From Candidatus Woesearchaeota archaeon (GTDB taxonomy: Archaea > Nanobdellota > Nanobdellia > SCGC-AAA011-G17 > ARS1403): 64,000 bases of DNA. Location: NCBI GenBank assembly GCA_016188065.1, contig JACPIN010000020.1, forward strand, positions 764 through 64,763, in the 5' to 3' direction. How positions within the stretch are numbered: the first letter of the stretch is position 1; every line of letters starts with the position of its first letter. The translations under genes and the position numbers were made by a program. The notes beneath the pieces were generated by a model, which was given only the letters and a program-made list of their open reading frames with translations, had not been told where the DNA came from and made no database searches. Positions 9,569 to 18,974 of this stretch are shown here, in pieces.

Positions 9569-11116
9569 TTATAGTTTTTTTAGAATACGATTCATCTTCG
9601 TAAAATTTATCCCCGACTTTTCTTGTATAAGTTTAATAACCATAATGTCCTCTCGTTCAAATGCCTTTGTTATTATAAGTAATAAGATGTAGATAGTTAC
9701 CAATGCCAAAAAACCAAATGGTGCGGCAATAATATTTGGAAGCAATAACAGATACTTTCTAAGATAATACACTGATACGGTTGCAATAACTATTGAAGAA
9801 AAAACCTTTATATACTTTGCATTGAAAGGGGTTATACCTAGATAATATTTAACCTCTATCATCAACAAAATAGAGCGGGTTATAAAAGCAGTGGCTGTAG
9901 CAAGTGCTGCACCATTTATTCCATATATTGGAATCAAATAGATATTTAATATTAGATTGATAATCATCATGATCATTGAATTCAGAAATATGGTCTTAGT
10001 CTTCTTGTGGATCATAAGGATATCTTGAGTACTGCTCATGGCATATCCTACAAAATAACCGAGCGATAAAATTATTAATGAAGCCGACGCTTCGACATAT
10101 GCCCTGCCAAACAATATTGAGAGCACTTGGCTAGAAAATAGACAGAAAAAACTCAATAAGATGATGTTTATAGAGAAGATCCATTTAGTTATTATGATAT
10201 AGATGGATTTAAAAACTTCATTTTTAGATTGAGAATATATCTCTGTTAATACTGGAATAAATAAAGTGAGCATTATCAGGGGAACCATAAACATAAGCCC
10301 CGAGGTTGGTAAAGCAGCATTGTATAATCCTGTTTCTTGTGGAGATGTAAAATAACCTAACATTAGTGTATCTGTCCATAGGATCACTGAAAATATCAAT
10401 GTGCTGAAAAGCAACGGCAGGGAGTAAACCAGCAGTTCTTTATTGAGGGATAATGAAACTATCTCTTCGTCCTTTTGTTTTAATACCTTTGAATTTAAGA
10501 AATAAAAAGCAGCTATAAAACTTAGAAAAATTGAAATTATATAAGCGACTGTTAATCCAAATAACCTATAACCTAAAAAGGTAAAGATAAACGAGAGACT
10601 AACTTTTGTTACATTTTCTATTATATGTTTGGAATAGACTTCATATTCAACTTTTTGAAGTGCCCTGACTATTTTAAAAAATATTTCCCTTAGTGAATTA
10701 AATGGAATTATCACAGCAAATAATTTTATAATTATATTTAATTCTTGATCGTGAAAAAGATTTATTGCTAGCCACTTTGAAAAAATAAATACTATTATTG
10801 AAAGGAAAATACTTATTATGGAAACTATCTTCACTGAAAATCCTAGCATACTTTTTATTCTTGCATAATCTTCTTTTCCCTTGTAAAAAGAGACGTACCT
10901 CAACAATCCATCTCCTAAACCTATTAATGAAACAGAGGTTAGTAGACCCAATATTGCTATTCCAATGGATAACAAACCATATTCATAGATTCCTGCTCTT
11001 GCAGCGATTATCCTATAGATATAACCAAATATTTTCGAGAAGATTATTCCAAATGCTATTATTTTTGTCCCTTTTAGGATAGTTTTAAGAGGATTGTTTA
11101 TCTCTGATTCTGACAT
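9569..11116 (-). CDS. Wzx/MOP-family oligosaccharide flippase
   Basis: About 14 hydrophobic segments; WTDTLMLGYF, GLYNAA, LIPIYGINGAALAT. ATG at 11116 preferred over the ORF-track TTG at 11125. Confidence 0.85.
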   Translation of the reverse strand: MSESEINNPLKTILKGTKIIAFGIIFSKIFGYIYRIIAARAGIYEYGLLSIGIAILGLLTSVSLIGLGDGLLRYVSFYKGKEDYARIKSMLGFSVKIVSIISIFLSIIVFIFSKWLAINLFHDQELNIIIKLFAVIIPFNSLREIFFKIVRALQKVEYEVYSKHIIENVTKVSLSFIFTFLGYRLFGLTVAYIISIFLSFIAAFYFLNSKVLKQKDEEIVSLSLNKELLVYSLPLLFSTLIFSVILWTDTLMLGYFTSPQETGLYNAALPTSGLMFMVPLIMLTLFIPVLTEIYSQSKNEVFKSIYIIITKWIFSINIILLSFFCLFSSQVLSILFGRAYVEASASLIILSLGYFVGYAMSSTQDILMIHKKTKTIFLNSMIMMIINLILNIYLIPIYGINGAALATATAFITRSILLMIEVKYYLGITPFNAKYIKVFSSIVIATVSVYYLRKYLLLLPNIIAAPFGFLALVTIYILLLIITKAFEREDIMVIKLIQEKSGINFTKMNRILKKL

Positions 11117-11196
11117 TAGTTTCAAACTTGAAATTTAATTTAAAAGCCTTTTTATTTATAGATACCTTAATAAAGTTATTTTGAGTTTTTACTAAA

Positions 11197-12498
11197 ATGA
11201 AAAAAGTGTTTGTTGGGATGAGCGGAGATGTATTTCATCATGGACATATCAATATTATAGAAACTGCTAGAAAGCTAGGAGATGTTACTGTAGGATTAAT
11301 GACCGATGAGGGAATTGTTAGCTATAAACGTCCTCCATTATTAAATTATGATCAGAGAAAAAAAATTATTGAGAACATTAAAGGTGTTAGTAAAGTTATT
11401 CCGCAAGACGGCCTTAATGATTATATTAGAATTATACGACAGCTGAAACCAGATTACGTTGTTCATGGAACTGACTGGAGAGAAGGCATTCAGAAGAGTA
11501 CAAGAGAAAAAGTAATTGAAGTCTTGAAGGAGGTTGGTGGAGAATTAATTGAGCCAGAATATACAAAGGATATCTCTTCTACAGCATTAGTAAATGAATT
11601 GCTTGAGCTTGGAACAACCCCAGATGTTCGATTAAAAAAATTGAGAAGATTAATCAAGTTGAAACCTATTGTCAGACTCCTTGAAGTCCATAATGGATTA
11701 ACCGGAAGAATTGTTGAAAAAACTAGAGTGGATTTAGATGGAGAGATTCGGGAATTCGACGGTATGTGGATAAGCAGCTTGACCGACTCCATTTCTAAAG
11801 GCAAGCCAGACATAGAATACGTTGATTTTACTTCAAGAAACCAGACAATTGACCAGATATGTGATGTTACAACCAAACCTATAATCGTCGATGGAGACAC
11901 TGGAGGAATGGCTGAGCATTTTTCCTATGCTGTTAAAACACTTGAAAGACTCGGTGTATCTGCAGTTATTATCGAGGACAAAATAGGCCTAAAAAGAAAT
12001 TCATTATTTGGAGCGGATGCTAACCAAACACAGGATAGTATAGAAAATTTTTCTAATAAAATCTCTGCAGGAAAAAGATCCCAAGTTACAGAAGAATTTA
12101 TGATCATTGCAAGAATTGAAAGTCTTATTTTAAGAAAGGGAATTGATAATGCATTGGAAAGAGCTTATGCTTATATTCAGGCTGGTGCTGATGGAATTAT
12201 GATACATAGCAAGGAGAAAAGCCCTGATGAAATTGTAACTTTTTGCAAGGCTTACCGACATTTTGATAAAAAAGTTCCTTTAATTGTCGTGCCTACAACC
12301 TACAATCAGATTACAGAGCAAGAATTAATAGACATTGGTGTTAATATTGTAATTTATGCAAATCACTTATTGAGAAGTGCATATCCCCCTATGCTAAAAA
12401 CTGCTGAAACAATTTTAAAAAATGGAAGATCTTTTGAAGCTGAAAAATTATGTTTACCTATAAATGAAATATTAACACTAATACCCGGAGGAAAATAA
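11197..12498 (+). CDS. pepM: Phosphoenolpyruvate mutase with N-terminal cytidylyltransferase domain
   Basis: N-terminal HxGH (FHHGHINII) and VHGTDW. PepM-specific EDKxxxxxNS motif (EDKIGLKRNS), DGDTGG, IARIESLI, IYANHLLRS. Confidence 0.95.
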   Translation: MKKVFVGMSGDVFHHGHINIIETARKLGDVTVGLMTDEGIVSYKRPPLLNYDQRKKIIENIKGVSKVIPQDGLNDYIRIIRQLKPDYVVHGTDWREGIQKSTREKVIEVLKEVGGELIEPEYTKDISSTALVNELLELGTTPDVRLKKLRRLIKLKPIVRLLEVHNGLTGRIVEKTRVDLDGEIREFDGMWISSLTDSISKGKPDIEYVDFTSRNQTIDQICDVTTKPIIVDGDTGGMAEHFSYAVKTLERLGVSAVIIEDKIGLKRNSLFGADANQTQDSIENFSNKISAGKRSQVTEEFMIIARIESLILRKGIDNALERAYAYIQAGADGIMIHSKEKSPDEIVTFCKAYRHFDKKVPLIVVPTTYNQITEQELIDIGVNIVIYANHLLRSAYPPMLKTAETILKNGRSFEAEKLCLPINEILTLIPGGK

Positions 12499-12499
12499 C

Positions 12500-13372
12500 G
12501 TGGCTAGATTTTTGAATGAAATAGTTGATGATGAAAAATTAGCTTGGACAAGAGAAACATTTTCTTTAAACTCTGATGGAATCTATAATTTATTTAAACC
12601 TGGAATTTCTGGGTTACCTGAAAATGTTAAAAAATTCCGTGAAAACGTCTTAGAAAATGGATATGGCTTTGGGATTATTAAAGGGATGAGTCATTTTAAC
12701 AGAGAGATACAGAGAGAGATATACCTCTCTACTGCTAGACTTTTAGGGAACCCCATTGTGCAGAATATTTCTGGAGAGACGGTGGTTGATGTATTTGATA
12801 AAGGCAAAACTATGGAGACTGGTGGGAGGTATCATGAAACTAGACAAGGTGGAGCATTGCATACAGATAGCCCGCAATATAAAGATATTCCAGATTATTT
12901 AGGATTGTTATGTTTGCATCCTGCAAAAGCAGGGGGGGAGAGCAAATTTATCAGCGCGTATAGTTTACATAATCGGCTTTTGAAGGAAAACTCTGAACTT
13001 CTTAAGAGGTTATATCAGCCATTTCATTTCGATAAAAGAGGACATGAAAAACTTGGAGAAAGCCCGACAACATTTGAGCCAGTATTTAGATATGATAGTA
13101 AGGGATTACATTTTAGATATCTAGGAAATTACATCCGATCAGGACATGAAAGAATTTCAGTTCCCCTTTCTGATATTGAAAGAAAGGCACTTGAAGCTGT
13201 TGATAGGTTATTAGAGGATGAAAACCTTATTGTTACTGCAGAGATGGGATCTGGAGATATGCAGTTTTTGAATAACCATCGAGTTGTCCATGGAAGAACC
13301 GACTTTGTAGATTATGAAGATCTTGATAAGAAAAGATTGATGCTAAGAACTTGGTTACGAAAATATGTCTAA
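12500..13372 (+). CDS. TauD/clavaminate-synthase-like Fe(II)/2-oxoglutarate dioxygenase
   Basis: HxD (LHTDSPQ), GGES, distal His in NHRVVHGRTDF, C-terminal RLMLRTW. GTG start 1 nt after the pepM stop. Confidence 0.85.
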   Translation: MARFLNEIVDDEKLAWTRETFSLNSDGIYNLFKPGISGLPENVKKFRENVLENGYGFGIIKGMSHFNREIQREIYLSTARLLGNPIVQNISGETVVDVFDKGKTMETGGRYHETRQGGALHTDSPQYKDIPDYLGLLCLHPAKAGGESKFISAYSLHNRLLKENSELLKRLYQPFHFDKRGHEKLGESPTTFEPVFRYDSKGLHFRYLGNYIRSGHERISVPLSDIERKALEAVDRLLEDENLIVTAEMGSGDMQFLNNHRVVHGRTDFVDYEDLDKKRLMLRTWLRKYV

Positions 13373-14120
13373 AGAAATTGTTGGTTTTATTCTCGCAGCA
13401 GGATGCAGCAAAAGGCTTAAAGAATTAACAATAGATAAGCCAAAATCTTTTTTAGAGATCAATAAAAAAAGACTTATTGATTATCATTTGGATTATTTAG
13501 CTGAATTCGGGATTAAAGAAGCGTGCCTAGTAGTTGGCTTCTTAAAAGATTTATTTAAAGAGAATATAGGCCATGATCATAAAGGCGTTAAAATTAATTA
13601 CATTGAAAATGATTTGTACGAGACAACCGGACATAGTTATAGCGTCCTCTTAGGAAAAGAATTATTTCTAGAGAAAGACATCCTACTTATTCATGCAGAT
13701 GTCTTCTATGACCGTTCAATTCTTGAAATGTTGATTAAAGAAAGTTTGGATAATGTAGTGCTTGTTGACGATCATTATAAAGTTCTAACTGGAGATGAAT
13801 TTGTTGTTACTGGAATGGATAATCTTGTTTCTGGAATAGGTCCTAATAAAACAGCGAATATTCAAGGAGAGTTTCTTGGATTGAGCAAACTGAGCTCTAA
13901 TTTTATGACTGAATTTTGCGATTATATGGAAGGCTTTTTTAGTGTTAGAGGAAATAAATTCAATTATGAAATAGTGATGGATGAATTCTTAGGAACAAGT
14001 TCTTCTCCACTTTATTATAAAAAAATTGGCAGAAGCAGATGGATTAATCTTAATTACAAAGAGGATTATGAGGAAGCCAAAAGAATTGCTGTAGAAAATT
14101 ATTCTTTTTTTAAAAAATAA
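13365..14120 (+). CDS. NTP transferase, LicC/phosphonate cytidylyltransferase-like
   Basis: FILAAGCSKRL...PKSFLEI, HADVFYD, GEFLGLSKLS. Confidence 0.8.
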   Translation: MSKEIVGFILAAGCSKRLKELTIDKPKSFLEINKKRLIDYHLDYLAEFGIKEACLVVGFLKDLFKENIGHDHKGVKINYIENDLYETTGHSYSVLLGKELFLEKDILLIHADVFYDRSILEMLIKESLDNVVLVDDHYKVLTGDEFVVTGMDNLVSGIGPNKTANIQGEFLGLSKLSSNFMTEFCDYMEGFFSVRGNKFNYEIVMDEFLGTSSSPLYYKKIGRSRWINLNYKEDYEEAKRIAVENYSFFKK

Positions 14121-14464
14121 TCACATTCCATGCAACTGGATTTAATACATTGCTCTTTCATATTAAAACCATTGTTCCTTCCCCATTCTTTAATTTGAAG
14201 TAGAATATTTACTAACTCTTGTCCTTTATCTGTAAACCGATAATAGATTTTTCCTGAATTAATTCTTTGAATTATGCTAAATTTAATAAGTTCTTTTATA
14301 GTTAAAGATAGCAAAGAAGAGTTTATAATTTTGTCTGTTCTTTTTTTAAGCTGATTAAAAGTAAGGTTGTTATTTTTAAATTCCAATAATATGGGGATAG
14401 TCCATCTTCTACCTAGGAAATATTCAAGCTCTAGCATTTGACAATGAATATTTTCTTTTAACAT
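14099..14464 (-). CDS. HxlR-family winged-helix regulator with Cys-rich C-terminus
   Basis: LGRRWTIPILLE, LTFNQLK, LSLTIKEL, YRFTDKGQEL, EWG; C-terminal CIKSSCMEC. ATG at 14464 (ORF track starts at 14488). Confidence 0.8.
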   Translation of the reverse strand: MLKENIHCQMLELEYFLGRRWTIPILLEFKNNNLTFNQLKKRTDKIINSSLLSLTIKELIKFSIIQRINSGKIYYRFTDKGQELVNILLQIKEWGRNNGFNMKEQCIKSSCMECDYFLKKE

Positions 14465-14467
14465 AGA

Positions 14468-14481
14468 TACAAAAATTTGTA
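14468..14481. promoter_or_regulatory. Candidate HxlR operator (TACAAA-aa-TTTGTA inverted repeat)
   Basis: Inverted repeat immediately upstream of the regulator ATG, in the divergent intergenic region. Confidence 0.4.
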
Positions 14482-14536
14482 CTTTCAATTTAAATTACTT
14501 GTGGTTTTTGATATTAAAAATTAAGGAGGCTTAAAA

Positions 14537-15544
14537 ATGCAAAATATCCCTCAAAGTTTTCCAACTGAAAAAGTTGAGAATAAACGATCCTGGAATAGAA
14601 ATAGTGACTTCAGTCATATAGTGCATGTTTTTTCAAAAGAAACTCAAGATGAAATAAGAGACTATTTAGATATGAGCGTTACAAAAAAAGTTTTAGGCAG
14701 AGAAGAGATTGAATCTGTTGACTATAACCCTAATGAATTATCTAATCTTGTTTCGGAAATAGAATCTGTAAGACCCCAAGTAGATACTGGAACGGGATTC
14801 GTTGTTTTCCCAGATTGGGAAGGCTTGACAATTCATCAAAGCCGAGTTGCATCTTGGTTAGTGGATAACACCTTTGGTAAATGTAAAGAGCAGGATGATA
14901 GGGGGAGTCGTTTGATAGAGATATATAATCAATCAGATACTCTAAGTATGAAAACTGGTGCTAGATACCATGTAACTAGAGAAGGAAATTCTCCACATAC
15001 AGATGGTCCACAGATCATTGATGACCCGGATTATTTGTGTCTACGCTGTGTTAATGATGCTTGGGTAGGCGGAGAAAATATTTTGGTAACCGGAGAATCT
15101 ATATATAATAATCTTCTTGAAAACGCTTCCGATTTAATTGGAGTATTATCTGATAATTTTTACTTCCATTGTAGGGGTGTTAAAAATGCTGAAGGAAGAG
15201 AATATTTTCAAGCACCCATCTTGTCTATGGATAAAGAAGGAATAAGATTACGTTTTTTAGATCATTACATTAGAGAAGGGCATAAATTTGCTAGAACGCC
15301 TTTGACGTATAAACAGGAAAAGGCTATACAGTATATAAATAGTTTATTTGAACAGTCTGATTTACAATTTAGAGCCAGATTAGAGCCTGGACAACAAGTA
15401 GTATTTGCAAATAAAAGGATGTTGCATGCAAGAACGGAATTTGTGGACTTAAACCCTGCAAATGAACACTATGATCCTAGTCAACTAGACAACATAAAAA
15501 CTGCAAATAGATTGATGGATAGAACCTGGACCTATAAAAGATGA
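14537..15544 (+). CDS. Second TauD/CAS-like Fe(II)/2OG dioxygenase (paralog of 12500-13372)
   Basis: RYHVTREGNSPHTDGPQ (vs RYHETRQGGALHTDSPQ), GGEN, NKRMLHARTEF, RLMDRTW. SD AAGGAGG upstream. Confidence 0.85.
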   Translation: MQNIPQSFPTEKVENKRSWNRNSDFSHIVHVFSKETQDEIRDYLDMSVTKKVLGREEIESVDYNPNELSNLVSEIESVRPQVDTGTGFVVFPDWEGLTIHQSRVASWLVDNTFGKCKEQDDRGSRLIEIYNQSDTLSMKTGARYHVTREGNSPHTDGPQIIDDPDYLCLRCVNDAWVGGENILVTGESIYNNLLENASDLIGVLSDNFYFHCRGVKNAEGREYFQAPILSMDKEGIRLRFLDHYIREGHKFARTPLTYKQEKAIQYINSLFEQSDLQFRARLEPGQQVVFANKRMLHARTEFVDLNPANEHYDPSQLDNIKTANRLMDRTWTYKR

Positions 15545-15587
15545 ATCTTCCATTAGGCTTTTAATCTTTTTTGTTCTTTATTTTTAT

Positions 15588-16715
15588 ATGATTTCATGCG
15601 AAAAACTATTCAATGTATTTAAGAAACAGGGACTAGAATTTTTTACAGGTGTTCCAGACTCTTTCTTAAAAGATTTTTGCTCTTATATTAATGATCATGC
15701 TAAATCTGAAAACCATATCATTACTGCAAATGAAGGTGGAGCAATTGCATTAGTTACTGGTTATCATCTTGCAACTGGAAACATTGGAGTTGCATATATG
15801 CAGAATTCTGGAGAGGGAAACGCGGTTAATCCTTTAGTCTCACTTGCTGATCCTGAAGTTTATAGCATCCCCATGTTACTATTAATTGGATGGAGGGGAG
15901 AACCAGGGATAAAAGATGAGCCGCAACATGTTAAACAGGGAAAGATTACCATTGATTTGTTGAATGTTCTTGGCATACAGTATGAAATACTTCCGGATTC
16001 TATCAATGATGCTGAGAAATCAGTAGAAAATATAGTTAATAAGATAAAGGAAAAAAATACACCATGTGCACTTGTTATTCGTAAAGATTTATTTGAGCCA
16101 TATGGGTCCAAAAATAAAATAAAATCCCTTTATATTTTATCGAGAGAAAAGGCGATTCAAATCATTGTAGATAATTTGAATCTTGGCGATGTCGTCGTTT
16201 CTACTACTGGTAAGATTTCTAGAGAATTGTTTGAATATAGAGAGAAAATAAAGCAAGGCCATAATCGAGATTTTTTAATTGTTGGATCTATGGGACATTG
16301 TTCGCAGATTGCCTTGGGAATTGCATTATCTAAACCAAATAGACAGATATACTGTTTAGATGGAGATGGAGCAGCCATAATGCACATGGGATCTTTAGCA
16401 ATTATAGGCTCTAAAAACATTAAAAATTTCAAACATATTATTTTAAACAATGGTGCACATGAATCTGTAGGTGGACAGCCAACCGCAGGATTCAATATTG
16501 ACTTCTGCTCTATTGCTAAAGCTTGCGGATATAAAACTGTGTTGAAAGCTGTAGATGAAAATGAGATTAAAAATAGAACTGTGTCTTTAAAATCCTGTAG
16601 CGGACCTGCACTTTTAGAGATTAGAATTAATGCTTTTTCTAGGAAAGAATTGAGCAGGCCAACGGATTCCCCTTTAGAAAATAAAAAGAAGTTTATGAAG
16701 TTTTTACAAGAATGA
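15588..16715 (+). CDS. ppd: Phosphonopyruvate decarboxylase (ThDP)
   Basis: FFTGVPDS, ANEGGA, YMQNSGEGNAVNPL, GWRGEPGIKDEPQH, VGSMGH, DGDGAAIMHMG, NNGAHESVGGQPT. Confidence 0.95.
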   Translation: MISCEKLFNVFKKQGLEFFTGVPDSFLKDFCSYINDHAKSENHIITANEGGAIALVTGYHLATGNIGVAYMQNSGEGNAVNPLVSLADPEVYSIPMLLLIGWRGEPGIKDEPQHVKQGKITIDLLNVLGIQYEILPDSINDAEKSVENIVNKIKEKNTPCALVIRKDLFEPYGSKNKIKSLYILSREKAIQIIVDNLNLGDVVVSTTGKISRELFEYREKIKQGHNRDFLIVGSMGHCSQIALGIALSKPNRQIYCLDGDGAAIMHMGSLAIIGSKNIKNFKHIILNNGAHESVGGQPTAGFNIDFCSIAKACGYKTVLKAVDENEIKNRTVSLKSCSGPALLEIRINAFSRKELSRPTDSPLENKKKFMKFLQE

Positions 16716-17809
16716 AACAGAAAGAATTCTTCGGATATGGAAGCATTAACAAAATTGCAGGAATTGCCTCTGAATTAGACACTAAAAGAATATTTCTAGT
16801 TACTGGCAGAGATTCTTATGAACATAGTGGTGTTAAAAATTGTTTAGATATGTTGCTCCATCATTATGAAATTAACAGGTTTAATCAATTTTCTTCAAAT
16901 CCTAGACTGGTTGATATAATGAGAGGTTTTGAGCTATTTAAGAAGGAAGATTATGAACTAATTATTGCAGTTGGAGGGGGAAGTGTAATAGATGTTGCCA
17001 AAGCAATTAAGCTGTTTAACTTCAATAAATGTTCTTCAAAAACACCATTAGTTGCAGTACCAACCACCTCTGGAACCGGAAGCGAGGCTACCTATTATAT
17101 TGTCTATTATATTGGCAAAGAAAAACAATCAGAAGGCTTGCCAGAGATAACCTTGCCTGATTACTCCATTTGCGATCCTACTTTTACAATGAATATCCCA
17201 AAAAAAATTGCTGCAGCGACTGGAATGGATGCTTTAGGGCAAGCAATAGAATCTTACTGGAATATTAATTCCACAAAAGAGTCTAAAGAATTTGCAAAGC
17301 AGTCTATTTCTCTTTTAATAGATAATTTGGAAAAATCGGTAGGAAATCCGGATCCAGAATTAAAAGAAAAAGTTATGAGAGCTGCTAATCTTTCTGGAAA
17401 AGCAATAAATATCACAAAGACTACCGCATGCCATTCTATTTCATATCCAATTACTTCTTACTTTCATATCCATCATGGACATGCAGTTGGACTAACATTG
17501 GGAGAAATGCTTGTATACAACTATTATTCTAAGCAGGAATGTGTTGATCAAAGAGGCGAGGATTATCTTAAATCAGCTTTAGAAGAGATTACTGCTTTAA
17601 TCGGCGGAAAAGATGTTATTGAAGCAAGAGATATTCTATATGATCTGATGAAGAATATTGGGCTTGAAACTAAACTGATTGATCTTGGGATAAATAAAGA
17701 GGGAATAGAAGTTATTATAAAACGGGGATTTAATCCTGAAAGGGTAAAGAATAACCCTAGACATCTTGATGAAGATAATCTAAGAGAAATTTTAGAAAGC
17801 ATTTATTAG
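16712..17809 (+). CDS. Group III Fe-dependent alcohol dehydrogenase, phosphonoacetaldehyde reductase-like (FomC/PhpC type)
   Basis: AVGGGSVIDVAK, PTTSGTGSEAT, AINITKTTACHSISYP, HGHAV. ATGA overlap with ppd. Confidence 0.85.
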   Translation: MKQKEFFGYGSINKIAGIASELDTKRIFLVTGRDSYEHSGVKNCLDMLLHHYEINRFNQFSSNPRLVDIMRGFELFKKEDYELIIAVGGGSVIDVAKAIKLFNFNKCSSKTPLVAVPTTSGTGSEATYYIVYYIGKEKQSEGLPEITLPDYSICDPTFTMNIPKKIAAATGMDALGQAIESYWNINSTKESKEFAKQSISLLIDNLEKSVGNPDPELKEKVMRAANLSGKAINITKTTACHSISYPITSYFHIHHGHAVGLTLGEMLVYNYYSKQECVDQRGEDYLKSALEEITALIGGKDVIEARDILYDLMKNIGLETKLIDLGINKEGIEVIIKRGFNPERVKNNPRHLDEDNLREILESIY

Positions 17810-17852
17810 TATTTTAGATATATTTTTAAAACTTGTATTCAGATTTTTAAAT

Positions 17853-18974
17853 ATGAGGGTTTCAATTATAGGTCCTGCTTATCCGTACAGAGGGGGAATA
17901 TCCCAGTTTAATAGTTTGTTGTCAAAGGAACTTTTATCTGAGGGTTATGAGGTAGATTTGATTTCTTTCAAGAGAATGTTTCCTAATTTTTTATATCCAG
18001 GAAAATTTCAAAAAGATTTTGATAGCAAGATAAGAAGTAATGCTGATAGTCTAATTGATAGTTTAAATCCATTAACCTGGTTTAAGGTTTTTTGGAGGAT
18101 AAAAAGGTATAATCCAGAACTACTTATAATAAATTGGTGGAGCCCTTTTTTTTCAATTGCCTTTTCATCTATAGCTTTTTTTGTCAGAAGATTTACAAAA
18201 ATAAGGATAGTTACTATATGTCATAATGTATTTCCGCATGAAAGAATTTTATTTGATGAGATTTTAACTAAGATTTATTTCAAAAAATCACATGTTTTTA
18301 TAACCCACTCCTCCGAGGAGAAAAAAAGGGTGGAATCCTTAATAATGAATCCCATTGTAAATGTGACTCCCCTCCCAACTTATAATGCTTTTAATATAAA
18401 AAATATAGGGAAAAATGAGGCTAAGAAAAAAATCGGACTAAAAGATAAAAGGATTATTTTATTTTTTGGATTGATAAGGCCTAGCAAAGGTCTGATTTAT
18501 TTAATTCGTGCAATGCCAGAAGTCTTAAGAAAGTTTGATGTAAAACTTCTTGTCGTTGGAGAATTTTTCGGAGATTCTGAAAATAAATACCTTGAGGAAA
18601 TAAAATCATTGGGCTTGGAGAATAATATCAAGATGATAAATAAGTATGTTCCTGATGAAGATGTTGGGATGTACTATTCTGCCTGTGATGTTGCAATTAT
18701 GCCTTATGTCTCTGGTACAAGCAGTGCTGTTCTGCAAACTACTTTTGGATTGATGAAGCCGGTAATCTGCACCAATGTCGGTTTTTCTGATGACATAGAA
18801 GATAATAAGACTGGTTTTATCGTAAAAAAAGAGAGTCCTGAAGCCCTAGCAGGGGCAATTATTAAATTCTATTTGGAAAATAAAGAAAAAAAGTTTGTTA
18901 AAAACATTAAGAAAAGCCAGGATAAATTCTCTTGGAAGAATTATATTGGAGTGTTAGAAAAATGTGTGTCTTAG
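17853..18974 (+). CDS. GT4 glycosyltransferase
   Basis: GPAYPYRGGI, LFFGLIRPSKG, MPYVSGTSSAV. Confidence 0.85.
   Translation: MRVSIIGPAYPYRGGISQFNSLLSKELLSEGYEVDLISFKRMFPNFLYPGKFQKDFDSKIRSNADSLIDSLNPLTWFKVFWRIKRYNPELLIINWWSPFFSIAFSSIAFFVRRFTKIRIVTICHNVFPHERILFDEILTKIYFKKSHVFITHSSEEKKRVESLIMNPIVNVTPLPTYNAFNIKNIGKNEAKKKIGLKDKRIILFFGLIRPSKGLIYLIRAMPEVLRKFDVKLLVVGEFFGDSENKYLEEIKSLGLENNIKMINKYVPDEDVGMYYSACDVAIMPYVSGTSSAVLQTTFGLMKPVICTNVGFSDDIEDNKTGFIVKKESPEALAGAIIKFYLENKEKKFVKNIKKSQDKFSWKNYIGVLEKCVS

Noticed and set aside
11197..17809. Fosfomycin or methylphosphonate biosynthetic cluster
   Set aside because: The early genes match Fom1/Fom2/FomC, but I see no Fom4 epoxidase, FomD, FomA/B resistance kinases or HEPD/MpnS cupin. 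The dioxygenases are TauD-type and the context is glycan biosynthesis.
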